A program made the position numbers and the translations under genes. Source: Macrostomum lignano (lineage: Eukaryota). Taken from it: DNA of 64,000 nucleotides. The stretch is taken from positions 124,001 through 188,000 of the forward strand of contig NIVC01001511.1 of the NCBI GenBank assembly GCA_002269645.1, given 5' to 3'. Below are positions 51,864 through 64,000 of this stretch, in pieces; the first letter of the stretch is position 1; each line of letters opens with the position of its first letter. The notes beneath the pieces were generated by a model, which saw nothing but the letters and a program-made list of their open reading frames with translations, did not search any database and was not told where the DNA came from.

Positions 51864-53084
51864 TCACCTGACTGTCAAGTCAGCGTCGCGGTCGACACGG
51901 TCAACGTCTTCAGCCTCGTGAACTTCGCATTCGGTTTCAGTAGTCCCGTTATTTGAGGCGGCGGCGCCAGTCTCGGCAATCATCGCAGCCTCCTGATTGG
52001 TCCCGGTGGCCTCGTTGTTGTCCTCCGTCAGGTTGTCATCCTGAATTCCGTCCTCAGGTCCGACGTGGCCACCGTTCTGACGCTGGCGGCTCTTGTCGAC
52101 GGTGGAGTACCGGTAGGACGTGTTCAGCCGCGAGTCACTCCGAGCGGCATTGGGGGGCCGCTTCGGGAACAAGCAGGGCAGGATGTTGCGGAACTCGTTC
52201 TGGAAGTTGGCGTTCATCCAGCCGTACAGGAACGGGTTGTACATCACGGAGCTCATGGCCAGCAGGTGGCACACGAAGAAGAGGCTGCGGAACAGGCCCT
52301 CCGAGGTTATGCCGACATCGTTCAGCATCCACAGCAGGTTCAGCGGGATCCAGCACACCACGAAGATGACCACCATGGCGATGAGCATCCGGTTGGTGCG
52401 CCGCTTCCTGCGGATGTCCAGCTCCTCCTTGCTGCGCGACTTCTTGGCCAGAGTTTTCTTGTGGCGATTCTTCAAGCTGATGCTCACCTTGGAGTAGCAG
52501 GCCGTGATGATGGAGCAAGGAATGAGGAACTGCAGCACGAAGCTGATCACGGTGAAGACTGGCCGGTATTCGGGCTTCCAGTCCTCCACGCAGCTCTCCG
52601 TTGCCGCCTCGTCCGAAGACTTCACGCGCTGGAACACGGCGATGGGCAGGCTGATGAGCACGGCCACCAGCCAGATGATCACCACGATGAGCAGGCAGAG
52701 GCCCGTCTTCATCCGGGGCACGAACGGGTGCACAATCATGCAGTAGCGTTCAACGGCGATGGCCGTTGAAGTCAGGGTCGACACGTACACGGAGACGCCC
52801 ATGGTCATCGGCATGAGCTTGCACACTGCGCCCGGCAGCGTCCAGGTCTGCATGAACATCACCGTCGGCGTCAGCGGCACGTTCACCGTGCTCATGATGA
52901 CGTCAGAGATGGCCAGGTTGGTGATGAGGATGTTTGTGATGGTCTGCATGCTGCGCTTCCTCAGTACAACTGTGATCACCAGCAGGTTGCCCAGGGTGCC
53001 GAGCATGCAGATGATGGAGTAGAACAGGACGCACAGCGACTTCATCCACATCGGGTGGGTGGGGATGGTCGCGTTGTGGCTCAT
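51864..53084 (-). CDS. Intronless class A GPCR, neuropeptide Y/F / PrRP-receptor-like (~406 aa)
   Basis: GN(TM1), NLAISD(TM2), AVERY(TM3), W(TM4), FLIP(TM5), CWIP(TM6), CHLLAMSSVMYNPFLYGW(TM7); start MSHNAT with an N-glycosylation site is preferred over upstream non-ATG starts. Confidence 0.95.
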   Translation of the reverse strand: MSHNATIPTHPMWMKSLCVLFYSIICMLGTLGNLLVITVVLRKRSMQTITNILITNLAISDVIMSTVNVPLTPTVMFMQTWTLPGAVCKLMPMTMGVSVYVSTLTSTAIAVERYCMIVHPFVPRMKTGLCLLIVVIIWLVAVLISLPIAVFQRVKSSDEAATESCVEDWKPEYRPVFTVISFVLQFLIPCSIITACYSKVSISLKNRHKKTLAKKSRSKEELDIRRKRRTNRMLIAMVVIFVVCWIPLNLLWMLNDVGITSEGLFRSLFFVCHLLAMSSVMYNPFLYGWMNANFQNEFRNILPCLFPKRPPNAARSDSRLNTSYRYSTVDKSRQRQNGGHVGPEDGIQDDNLTEDNNEATGTNQEAAMIAETGAAASNNGTTETECEVHEAEDVDRVDRDADLTVR

Positions 53085-53329
53085 TGCAGGCGGGCGACTC
53101 GGTCTGGGTTTAATGGAATGGGTGGCTACGCGTGTATACAGACAGCACTCAGCAACGGTTGAGGCTGACCCCGCCTGACTCGGACAGACATTATCAGTCA
53201 GAAGACGCGGGTCACGAGCACGCAAAAGTGGCGTCCGTGGTGGTGGCATCAGGGAGGCGCAGCCAGGTACTTTCCTATGTTTGCATGCAACCCGGAGTTC
53301 GATTCCTGCTCGCGCGGTCACATTACTGT

Positions 53330-53505
53330 GAAATGGCGCCAGAGCTATATACTGTGGAATGGTGCCAGAGCTATACACTGTGGAATGGCGCCAGAGCTAT
53401 GCTGTGAAATGGCGCCAGAGCTATACTGTAAAATGGCGCCAGAGCTATACTGTAAAATGGCGCCAGAGCTATACTGTAAAATGGCGCCAGAGCTATACCG
53501 TGAAA
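53330..53505. repeat. 24-bp repeat upstream of the GPCR
   Basis: Unit AAAATGGCGCCAGAGCTATACTGT. Confidence 0.9.
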
Positions 53506-53944
53506 TGTGGTTACCTAACCTTGATCTAAGGCTCAAAAATAGTTCTGGCTTCAAAACGCATTGAGCTGCATATTTTATTAATAGAACTCCAAAAAAAGAG
53601 TTGAGTGCAATTCTCACTTGAATAAAACTTCAATTTGCCTTTCGTTGGCAGGCAGGCTAAGGCAGAGTCTGCCCCAGCATATGCAAATATGCCAGCCCAG
53701 TGCCAATACGAGAACCGGGTTGGGTAAGTTTGCTCAGGGGATTAATAAGTGCCTTCACTGCTGCTGCCATTAATGATTGAGTTGATTGATTGGCGCTGTC
53801 CTGAGGAATTCATTATCAATCATCAGGCTTACTACTCTCCTAATAATGATGATTTGACAGCATTATCGAGGCTCTGGACTCTCTTTAGATCGCATCCGAT
53901 AAAGTAACTCGGCAGCCTTGATGACTTCAGCGACTGTATCGATA

Positions 53945-55100
53945 CAGAGACATGCCCCCCCCCCGACAAAGACATGGCTCCCCCCCGACAAAGACATGGC
54001 TCCCCCCGACAAAGACATGGCTCCCCCCGACAAAGACATGGCTCCCCCCCCCGACAAAGACATGCCTCCCCCCGACAAAGACATGGCTCCCCCCGACAAA
54101 GACATGGCTCCCCCCGACAATGACATGGCTCCCCCCCGACAATGACATGGCTCCCCCCCCCCGACAAAGACATGGCTCCCCCCCGACAATGACATGGCTC
54201 CCCCCCGACAATGACATGGCTCCCCCCTCCGACAAGACATGGCTCCCCCCGACAATGACATGGCTCCCCCCTCCGACAAAGACATGGCTCCCCCTCCGAC
54301 AGAGACATGCCCCCCCCCCGACAAAGACATGGCTCCCCCCCGACAATGACATGGCTCCCCCCGACAATGACATGGCTCCCCCCTCCGACAAAGACATGGC
54401 TCCCCCCGACAATGACATGGCTCCCCCCTCCGACAAAGACATGGCTCCCCCCCGACAATGACATGGCTCCCCCCCGACAAAGACATGGCTCCCCCCGACA
54501 ATGACATGGCTCCCCCCTCCGACAGAGACATGCCCCCCCCCGACAAAGACATGGCTCCCGCCGACAAAGACCTGGCTCCCCCCCCCCGACAAAGACCTGG
54601 CTCCCCCCGACAATGACATGGCTCCCCCCGACAATGACATGCCCCCCCCCCGACAAAGACATGGCGCCCCCTCCTGAAAAAGACATGGCGCCCCCCCCCC
54701 CGACAAAGACATGACTCCTCCCCGACCCCGACAAAGACATGGCGCCCCCTCCTGAAAAAGACATGGCGCCCCCCCCCCCGACAAAGACATGACTCCTCTC
54801 CGACCCCGACAAAGACATGGCGCCTGGCGCCCCCTCAAAGACATGGCGCCCCCCAAGGACAGGGCGCCCCCTAACAAAGACATATGGCGCCCCCAAGACA
54901 TGGCGCCCCCAAAGACATGGCGCCCCCCAAAGACATGGCGCCCCCCCCCCAAAGACATGGCGCCCCCCCAAGACATGGCGCCCCCCAAAGACATGGCGCC
55001 CCCCCCAAAGACATGGCGCCCTTCCAAAGACATGGCGCCCCCCAAAGACAGGGCGCCCCCTAACAAAGACATGGCGCCCCCCCCCCGGACAACGACAAGA
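53945..55100. repeat. C-run-rich minisatellite (GACAAAGACATGGC(T/G)CCCCCCC)n
   Basis: Direct; unit length varies with the C-run. Confidence 0.95.
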
Positions 55101-55911
55101 CATGAAACCCTCCCCCCGACAGACATGGCAACACAAATGTTTCAAGCTCACCAAATGCAAGGCAAAAATCTGTTGTCCAGAATTGAAAAATAGCTTTAAC
55201 TGAAATTCAACCAAAGACATTGATTTAATAAACAGGATCCAAGCTTAAAGTACTCAAATCCTATTATGAGAATCAGAAGAAAGCTTCTCAGATCAACTCA
55301 CCCGCTGAGAGCAAATCCTTGAGCAAAACTGCCGCCGCCCACGTTTTGCCTTCTCATTCTGTCTCTTTTTTTCAAATCCCCTTTAAAACCCTTCGCCCCC
55401 TGCCTCTCGGATCCCCGATTTTTCTTCCCCGCACTCGCACCGTCTCCTGCCCAGACAGCCAATCCGCTAAGCAGCAGCATCTAGAAAAGGTGAGCCCCGT
55501 CTGCTCAAAGGGAGACGGTAGAGATGGAGGAGTTCGAAGGAATGAAGACGGGAAGGAGTGCAGAGGGGGACAGGAAAACAGTGGAATTTGGCAGCCAATA
55601 GCAGTGCGGATGGGGGGGGGCGAGTTTCACTTGTTTCAATTGCTTCCCCCGTGTCTACATCAGCTCCCTGCCTTCACCCTGTGTTCCCCGCGCGTCTTTT
55701 GAAGTCCCCGCTGCTCCTGATGGGCCTCTCGAAAGCGATGTCTGTGTGGGTGGGTGGGAGCGCAGCTAAGCAGCTTCTCCGTCACTCTCACTCACTGCCT
55801 CACTGCCGAGATGCGGAAAAACAATTTCTGAAAGGATTTCATTCCAAATATTCTAAAAATAGTTCTCTTGATTGTATCGCGTTTCTGTGTCTCTGCCTGC
55901 TAGAAGAAGAT

Positions 55912-56275
<364 letters not shown>

Positions 56276-56837
56276 CCCCAAGCCCTTAAAAACGAAGAGC
56301 TCGAAATCCGACAGCGCCTCGTGCATCTCTTTGATCCTTCGCGAAGAAAATGCTTACAGGATGAGATTAAAAACAGGGTGATTAAAGGCCGCTCTTCATT
56401 TAGCCCTCGAAAACAGCTTTTGCCTCATCACATCACCCCAGCCTGTCCGGAGCCGGGGGGGGGGGTTCGCGTGATGGGGATCTACAGATAGAGTCGCCAT
56501 TAGCCTGGGATTAGCACGCCACTTCCCTCTCTCCTCGCCCTCCTTCCTCAGTGATTCGATCTGCCCGAAAATGGATATTAAATTTTTATTCATCTGGGCC
56601 ATCACGAGATGGATTAAATGAGCTTTTAATCTGCCTAAAGAGCCTTCGAAAAAAGCAGTGGCTCTCCGTTGTCCGGTCAAGACTAACAGTTGGGTAGCTG
56701 AGGCAGCTGAGAAAACAGGATAAAATAGAATCGGATTTAGTTGCATTTAAAAAGATTTTTCTGGTTTTTGAAGGCCTCAAATTTCGATTTAAATGTGGCT
56801 TGGAAAATTACATATTTACCTGCCAGGTTTCGAGGGC

Positions 56838-59172
56838 ACTCAGATCCCACACTGTCTCACTCAGATCCCGCACTGTCTCACTCAGATCCCGCACTGTCTC
56901 ACTCAGATCCCAAACTGTCTCACTCAGATCCCAAACTGTCTCACTCAGATCCCAAACTGTCTCACTCAGATCCCAAACTGTCTCACTCAGATCCCACACT
57001 GTCTCACTCAGATCTCACACTGTCTCACTCAGATCCCACACTGTCTCACTCAGATCCCACACTGTCTCACTCAGATCCCACACTGTCTCACTCAGATCCC
57101 ACACTGTCTCACTCAGATCCCACACTGTCTCACTCAGATCCCAAACTGTCTCACTCAGATCCCACACTGTCTCACTCAGATCCCACACTGTCTCACTCAG
57201 ATCCCACACTGTCTCACTCAGATCCCACACTGTCTCACTCAGATCCCACACTGTCTCACTCAGATCCCACACTGTCTCACTCAGATCCCACACTGTCTCA
57301 CTCAGATCCCGCACTGTCACTCAGATCCCACACTATCACTCAGATCCCACACTGTCTCACTCAGATCCCACACTGTCCCACTCAGATCCCACACTGTCTC
57401 ACTCAGATCCCACACTGTCTCACTCAGATCTCATACTGTCACTCAGATCCCACACTGTCTCACTCAAATCCCACACTGTCTCACTCAGATCCCACACTGT
57501 CTCACTCAGATCCCACACTGTCTCACTCAGATCCCACAGTGTCACTCAGATCCCGCACTGTCACTCAGATCCCACACTGTCACTCAGATCCCACACTGTC
57601 TCACTCAGATCCCACACTGTCACTCAGATCCCACACTGTCTCACTCAGATCCTACACTGTCTCACTCAGATCCCACACTGTCTCACTCAGATCCCAAACT
57701 GTCTCACTCAGATCCCACACTGTCTCACTCAGATCCCAAACTGTCTCACTCAGATCCCACACTGTCTCACTCAGATCCCACACTGTCACTCAGATCCCAT
57801 ACTGTCACTCAGATCCCACACTGTCTCACTCAGATCCCACACTGTCTCACTCAGATCCCACACTGTCTCACTCAGATCCCACACTGTCTCACTCAGATCC
57901 CACACTGTCACTCAGATCCCATACTGTCACTCAGATCCCACACTGTCTCACTCAGATCCCACACTGTCTCACTCAGATCTCACACTGTCTCACTCAGATC
58001 TCACACTGTCTCACTCAGATCTCACACTGTCTCACTCAGATCCCACACTGTCTCACTCAGATCCCACACTGTCTCACTCAGATCCCACACTGTCTCACTC
58101 AGATCTCACACTGTCTCACTCAGATCCCACACTGTCTCACTCAGATCCCACACTGTCTCACTCAGATCCCACACTGTCTCACTCAGATCCCGCACTGTCA
58201 CTCAGATCCCACACTATCACTCAGATCCCACACTGTCTCACTCAGATCCCACACTGTCTCACTCAGATCCCGCACTGTCACTCAGATCCCACACTGTCTC
58301 ACTCAGATCCCACACTGTCTCACTCAGATCCCGCACTGTCACTCAGATCCCACACTGTCACTCAGATCTCACACTGTCTCACTCAGATCCCACACTGTCA
58401 CTCAGATCCCATACTGTCACTCAGATCCCACACTGTCTCACTCAGATCCCACACTGTCTCACTCAGATCCCACACTGTCTCACTCAGATCCCACACTGTC
58501 TCACTCAGATCCCACACTGTCACTCAGATCCCATACTGTCACTCAGATCCCACACTGTCTCACTCAGATCCCACACTGTCTCACTCAGATCTCACACTGT
58601 CTCACTCAGATCTCACACTGTCTCACTCAGATCCCGCACTGTCACTCAGATCCCACACTGTCACTCAGATCCCACACTGTCTCCTCAGATCCCGCACTGT
58701 CACTCAGATCCCACACTGTCACTCAGATCCCACACTGTCTCACTCAGATCCCACACTGTCACTCAGATCCCATACTGTCACTCAGATCCCACACTGTCTC
58801 ACTCAGATCCCACACTGTCTCACTCAGATCCCACACTGTCTCACTCAGATCCCACACTGTCTCACTCAGATCCCACACTGTCACTCAGATCCCATACTGT
58901 CACTCAGATCCCACACTGTCTCACTCAGATCCCACACTGTCTCACTCAGATCTCACACTGTCTCACTCAGATCTCACACTGTCTCACTCAGATCTCACAC
59001 TGTCTCACTCAGATCCCACACTGTCTCACTCAGATCCCACACTGTCTCACTCAGATCCCACACTGTCTCACTCAGATCCCACACTGTCTCACTCAGATCT
59101 CACACTGTCTCACTCAGATCTCACACTGTCTCACTCAGATCTCACACTGTCTCACTCAGATCCCACACTGTC
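56838..59172. repeat. 21/19-bp minisatellite (CTCAGATCCCACACTGTCTCA)n
   Basis: Direct; explains the three ~830-aa ORFs. Confidence 0.98.
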
Positions 59173-59624
59173 CCAAAGTGCTTCAAACAAAATTACAACC
59201 CGTCAGAGGGAGTTTCAGCAGCTACCTGCAGCCTGAACAATGCCATTTCATCTACGGGAAGTTAAAGCCGCTGCTATTCACTACTGCAGCGTGAGAAACA
59301 AAAAGCAGTCTGAAAGGCCCCCCCATCCATCTGTCTGATTAAGTGGAGCCCTTGCTCACGGCTGATAATGACAGGATGCGGGACAAAGGAAGCATTCCAT
59401 TAGTCTTTGCATTCGGCTGTCGCTCTTTCCCCACTCGCAGATGATGCCAGCTGACTGATGCGGCGCTCTGAGAGGCTGCGCCCTTCCTTTTTTTCCGCAC
59501 CTGCTGCACCTCTTTATTGAACAGAAAATGTTATTGAAAACGGAAAAGCATGCCGTTCGGGAAATATGTTGCTCAAAGGTTTTTTTCACTTGTATTTTAT
59601 CGCGATTTTAGAGGCCAGTCTCTT

Positions 59625-60042
59625 TCAGATCTCTTTCAACCGATTCTCCAGCTCAGGAAAGGCCATTAGCAGCAGCATTTTGTTATACTTCATGACGCTT
59701 TTCACCGAGTCAAACGACACGGAATGACCTGTGAACCAGGTGCGCCTGAAGCCCTGCACTTGGTCAAGGATTCGCCACAGAACCCCATCGGCGATTTCCG
59801 GTATGGTGTATCGAGGCATGTAGTTGAAGGTTATTGAGGCCAGGGTGTCGCCACTAGCCAGGGGGTCGTGAGCTTCCGGCGCTGTCTGCAGGTCGCTGCT
59901 TGAGCCTTCCGAATTGGAGTAGCCTGACAGGTAGTAGGCTACGATGGTGGAGGAGGCTGGAGTCTCCGGGCTTCGATTGAAATCTGGCGAGTTCAGAGCC
60001 AGTTCGGAGTTGCGAATGGCCAGGAGCCGATCGAGACTGGGG
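59625..60042 (-). CDS. PUFA-isomerase-like oxidoreductase, exon 4 (stop)
   Basis: FNYMPRY..QVQGFRRTWFTGHSVSFDSVKSVMKYNKMLL; acceptor phase-compatible; spliced total 1566 nt = 521 aa + stop. Confidence 0.85.
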
Positions 60043-60119
60043 CTGCGGATTGCCGTGCGGGGGTTGATATTAGGGGGGTGCAGACTGTGAGTAGAGGGTG
60101 TAACTGTGAAGGATCGCCA

Positions 60120-60265
60120 CAGAGGGTGTAGAATGTGAGTTGAGGGTGTAGACTGTGAGGGGAGGGTGTAGACTAATAGTAGAGGGTGTAGAATTTGAGT
60201 GGAGGGTGTAGACTGTGAGTGGAGGGTGTAGACTGTGAGTGGAGGGTGTAGACTTTTAGTGAAGG
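60120..60265. repeat. ~20-bp intronic repeat (GAGGGTGTAGACTGTGAGT)n
   Basis: Direct. Confidence 0.85.
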
Positions 60266-60321
60266 GTTTCGATTGAAGCTAGAGATGGAGCTGCTGCAGA
60301 CAATGGATTTCCATCACATAC

Positions 60322-60665
60322 TTCTCCGTGTCCAGCTGGTCCAGGTAGTAGGCCACAGGGTGGGCCGCCACTTCCGGTTGACCGGAAAAGCGCACCAGCT
60401 TAGTCAGAAACTTTCTGGACTTCAGTCTGGAGAACACATCCTTCTCGGCCGGGGTCAGGTCATCCAACAGGCCGCCCGTGACCGCCTGCGCGCTGGGAGT
60501 CCACACCAGCCAGTCCACCGTCTCCATGCTGTTGTCAAGGAGTCGAATCTTGATGGGACGACCACCGCCACCACCGCTCCTGCTGACACCAACGACACGA
60601 CTGTTCATGCGGAACTGCACACCGCCAGCCAGCTGGAGACGGTCGCGCGCCGACTCCCAGAAAGT
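60322..60665 (-). CDS. PUFA-isomerase-like oxidoreductase, exon 3
   Basis: TFWE..FRMNSRVVGVSR..VDWLVWT..AEKDVFS; CAG/GTATGT; phase 2. Confidence 0.82.
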
Positions 60666-60769
60666 CTGGGTGGATAGAATTCAATAATAACGATATGAAA
60701 TGAGAGCTAAGATGGCCAGTTTACACTCTGGTGCTTTGGAGTGGGGTAGACTTTGGATTGAAGACAAGA

Positions 60770-61400
60770 TCGTCAATGTACAGTCTAGCTTTGGTGGTAT
60801 TGGGGTGGGGTAGGAATTAAAGATAAGCTCGCCTATGTACAGTCTAGCTTTGGTGGTATTGGAGTGGGGTAGGAATAGGAGATAAGATCGCCAATGTACA
60901 GTCTAGCTTTGGTGGTATTGGAGTGGGGTAGGAATAGGAGATAAGATCGCCAATGTACAGTCTAGCTTTGGTGGTATTGGAGTGGGGTAGGAATACGAGA
61001 TAAGATCGCCAATGTACAGTCTAGCTTTGGTGGTATTGGAGTGGGGTAGGAATAGGAGATAAGATCGCCAATGTACAGTCTAGCTTTGGTGGTATTGGAG
61101 TGGGGTAGGAATAGGAGATAAGATCGTCAATGTACAGTCTAGCTTTGGTGGTATTGGAGTGGGGTAGAAATAGAAGATAAGATCGTCAATGTACAGTCTA
61201 GCTTTGGTGTTATTGGAGTGGGGTAGAAATTGAAGACAAGATCGTCAATGTACAGTCTAGCTTTGGTGGTATTGGAGTGGGGTAGAAATGGAAGATAAGA
61301 TCGCCAATGTACAGTCTAGCTTTGGTGGTATTGGAGTGGGTAGGAATAGGAGATAAGATCGCCAATGTACAGTCTAGCTTTGGTAGCATTGGAGTGGGGG
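60770..61400. repeat. 59-bp intronic minisatellite, ~10 copies
   Basis: CAGTCTAGC anchor at 60781, 60840, 60899. Confidence 0.95.
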
Positions 61401-61480
61401 AGGAATCGAAATGGGTTGAAGATGGCAAGTAGAGCAATCTGTAATCACCTAATACAGAGCACAAGAATGGTCGGGCGCAC

Positions 61481-61894
61481 CTGGAATCCCTTGCGCAACA
61501 TGCCGAGCCTGGACTCCTTCCGGGGCACCAGCAGGTCAGTCAGGTAGGCCTCCGACATCCACATGAGTCCGTAGAGAGCGGAGGTGTCGCTGGGACTGCC
61601 GTAGCCCATGGCGGTCATGCCGAACAGAAAGTAGGGCTCCAGAGCCAGCAAGCCGTTCTTCTCCAGATAGCTGAGCGCGCTGCAGTTCAACTTGGCCAGC
61701 GCCTCGCTTGACGGCTGGGCCAGCGGGAACTCCAGGAAGTCCGGCTGCTGGGCCGGATAGAGCTTTGAGCGCAGGCGGATGTAACGCTGACTGGCCTGCA
61801 GAATGTGCTGCTTGACCTCCTCATCGGATGCGTTGGGCCGCAGCGTTGGATCCAGGCGTCGAACCCTGCCGAACACGAACTGCTCAAGGTCCAT
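61481..61894 (-). CDS. PUFA-isomerase-like oxidoreductase, exon 2
   Basis: YLEKNGL..GMTAMGYG..GFQ; TAG/GTGCGC; 414 nt, phase 0. Confidence 0.88.
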
Positions 61895-62061
61895 CTAGAA
61901 GTTGGAAAAGTTTCTTTCCTAACTTACGGATTTGCCACTTACTGGAGTGGTTGGAACCGTGATCGGAGACAGTTCTGCTCATTCCACTGCCTCCTGAGCA
62001 CACAAGCACGCCAAGACTGCACGCAGGCACCCACTCGTGCACACGCTCACACAGAGTGCAC

Positions 62062-62440
62062 AGGGGCGCCAGCACCAGGGGCTTTAGCACCAGGGGCGCC
62101 AGCACCAGGGGCTTTAGCACCAGGGGCTTTAGCACCAGATGCTTTAGCACCAGGGGCGCCAGCACCAGAGGCGCCAGCACCAGGGGCGCCAGCACCAGGG
62201 GCGCCAGCACCAGGGGCGTCAGCACCAGAGGCGCCAGCACCAGGGGCGCCAGCACTAGGGGCGTCAGCACCAGAGGCGCCAGCACCAGGGGCGTCAGCAC
62301 CAGAGGCGCCAGCACCAGGGGCGCCAGCACTAGGGGCGTCAGCACCAGAAGCGCCAGCACCAGGGGCGTCAGCACCAGAGGCGCCAGCACCAGAGGCGCC
62401 AGCACCAAGGGTGCCATCACCTGGGGCGCCAGCACCAGAA
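62062..62440. repeat. 15-bp intronic minisatellite (GCACCAGGGGCGCCA)n
   Basis: Direct. Confidence 0.95.
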
Positions 62441-62537
62441 AAACTTGTGAACCAGCGCAGGATCAGAACAGCGCAAAATTCAGTGCTACTGAAAACTCGC
62501 AAGTTTCGAGTTCAGGATCGCGGCCGACAGCTCATAC

Positions 62538-62927
62538 CTGGCGAGCGGATGGCTCAGACGATTCTCTGATCACCGCGGCAGGCAGGGTGGCTTCATCCAG
62601 ATCGTAGCCGATGCCCTGAGCCATGCGGCGCAGGTCTCGGTAGTCGCTGCTCACGTAGCAGGTGCCCAACTCGTGCGGCAGCGGGTCCGCCTCCGAGACC
62701 TTCAGCGTGACGGAGCGCCCGCCGACCCGGCCGGAGGACTCCAGCACGAGGAGATTCTTGAAGCCCAGACTGCGGAGCAGGTAGGCCATATGCATCCCGG
62801 CTGGGCCGGCGCCCACAATGGCCACCCTCGAAGACCGGCTGGGCCGCTCGGCAGCTGTCGGCAGGCAGGCGGCGTCATGGTTGCTAAGCAACTGCAGCAG
62901 CAACAGCAGCAGCAGTGATGATGTCAT
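62538..62927 (-). CDS. Secreted FAD-dependent oxidoreductase / PUFA-isomerase-like, exon 1
   Basis: Signal peptide MTSSLLLLLLLQLL; Rossmann RVAIVGAGPAG..VLE..RVGGR..ELG; donor GTATGA, phase 0. Confidence 0.92.
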
Positions 62928-63788
62928 GCTTTATCACTCGCCTTATAGTCTCTAAATCAGCTGTTAGGAATAATTAGTTTAAATGAGTACAATTAGCAGG
63001 CTAGCAAGCGCAAAACTCTGCTGTGAGAAAAGACTTAATAAGGGCCTATAAGTCGAGGCTCTTATCGGAAACCCCCCCACCCCCTAATGCAGCAGCTCAA
63101 TGGGCCGGCCCCTGCCATGTGTTATTGTTCCATTGTTTGAAGGCAAAATAATTTGTGACAGGAGTTGGCGATTATTTATGACTGATAATAAAATACTCAC
63201 GATTCCAGAGTTCGACCGGATTGCCCCCCATGCGGGATTGCGTGCGCACTACTTGAAATTAATTCTGTCACTTTTTGCCAGGCGTTGTTGCTATTTATAG
63301 CTTTAGTTGACGTTTTACCGGCCCGCGAGATATGGCATGAGTTCGTGGAGGATCGCGGCAAAATTTGAAGTGCCATGCACTTGAGAAAAAAACTATTATG
63401 GCCGAGATTTGAAAAGCTGCACGAAATTATTCCACGGCTGATTGAACTGCTCGAAATCTGCGCAATTTTACCAGCAGGGATCGACTTTCGAAAAGCCAAT
63501 GAAATAACAAATTAATCGATTTAAATGATTTAATCGATCGATTTTTATCGATTTTTATCGATTTTCATTGAATTTATCAATTTTCATCGAATTTATCTAT
63601 TTTTTCGGACCTTTGAGATTTTTTCTCAGTTTTATCGATTCTTATCGATTTTTATTGACTTTCATCGATTTTATCGATTTTATTGAGCATATTCTTTAGC
63701 AGTTGCTAATCGGAGTCCAGATTCTGGGTTAGTTCGATGTGTTTTGTAATTTTTTTGCTAATGTAATTGCAAGACACGCACACGACTG

Positions 63789-63988
63789 CCCCTGAGCAGG
63801 CACACAAGCGCCCGGATACGTACGCAGTCATACGCAGGCACACACTCACACAGGAGTGTACAGCGGCCCTAACTTTATTTACCGATAGACATGTACACTT
63901 CACTGTGATTTGGGGGTTGGCCTTCAAGGCCGTTAATTGCGCAAGCAGAGCCAAGCCAAGACTCCGATTTAGCCCCAAATTAATGTGA
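63789..63988 (-). repeat. Inverted second copy of the dispersed repeat at 22913-23102
   Basis: Shared CCCCTGAGCAGGCACACAAGCG..GGAGTGTACAGCGGCCCT..AGCCCCAAATTAATGTG. Confidence 0.9.
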
Positions 63989-64000
63989 CTGCACTGGGAA

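Noticed and set aside
53085-53378. 98-aa N-terminal extension of the GPCR ORF
   Set aside because: Starts at a non-ATG codon within the 24-bp repeat; MSHNAT gives a normal receptor N-terminus
53832-55220. 462-aa and 399-aa Gly-rich ORFs
   Set aside because: Translation of the C/G-run minisatellite
56741-59294. Three overlapping ~830-aa ORFs
   Set aside because: All are translations of a stop-free 21/19-bp minisatellite; open in three frames at once

Overview
Repeat-rich animal (metazoan) genomic DNA with GT-AG introns and GC-rich exons. The style resembles a free-living flatworm such as Macrostomum, but that is an inference only. Three genes are well supported. (1) A p120 RasGAP/RASA1 orthologue on the + strand, 8 exons at 23236-36702, with SH2-SH3-SH2-PH-C2-RasGAP domains; its 5' exon is not securely located. 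(2) An intronless neuropeptide Y/PrRP-like class A GPCR on the - strand, 51864-53084. (3) A 4-exon, signal-peptide-bearing FAD oxidoreductase on the - strand, 59625-62927, about 521 aa, resembling polyunsaturated/polyenoic fatty-acid isomerases (PAI/PFI). There is also a probable first exon of a secreted or receptor protein (-, 4673-5131). Mobile DNA includes a disrupted PHD-finger + FLYWCH-like + MULE transposase, a 5'-truncated LOA/R1-group non-LTR retrotransposon (APE-RT-RNaseH-CCHC) inside a GGATCT satellite, a Gypsy integrase remnant, an hAT-type MITE with an 8-bp TSD, a foldback-type MITE and a strongly CpG-depleted AT-rich block. More than 25 distinct micro/minisatellite arrays fill introns and intergenic space and explain most long ORFs in the track. 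No rRNA, tRNA or CRISPR array is supported.
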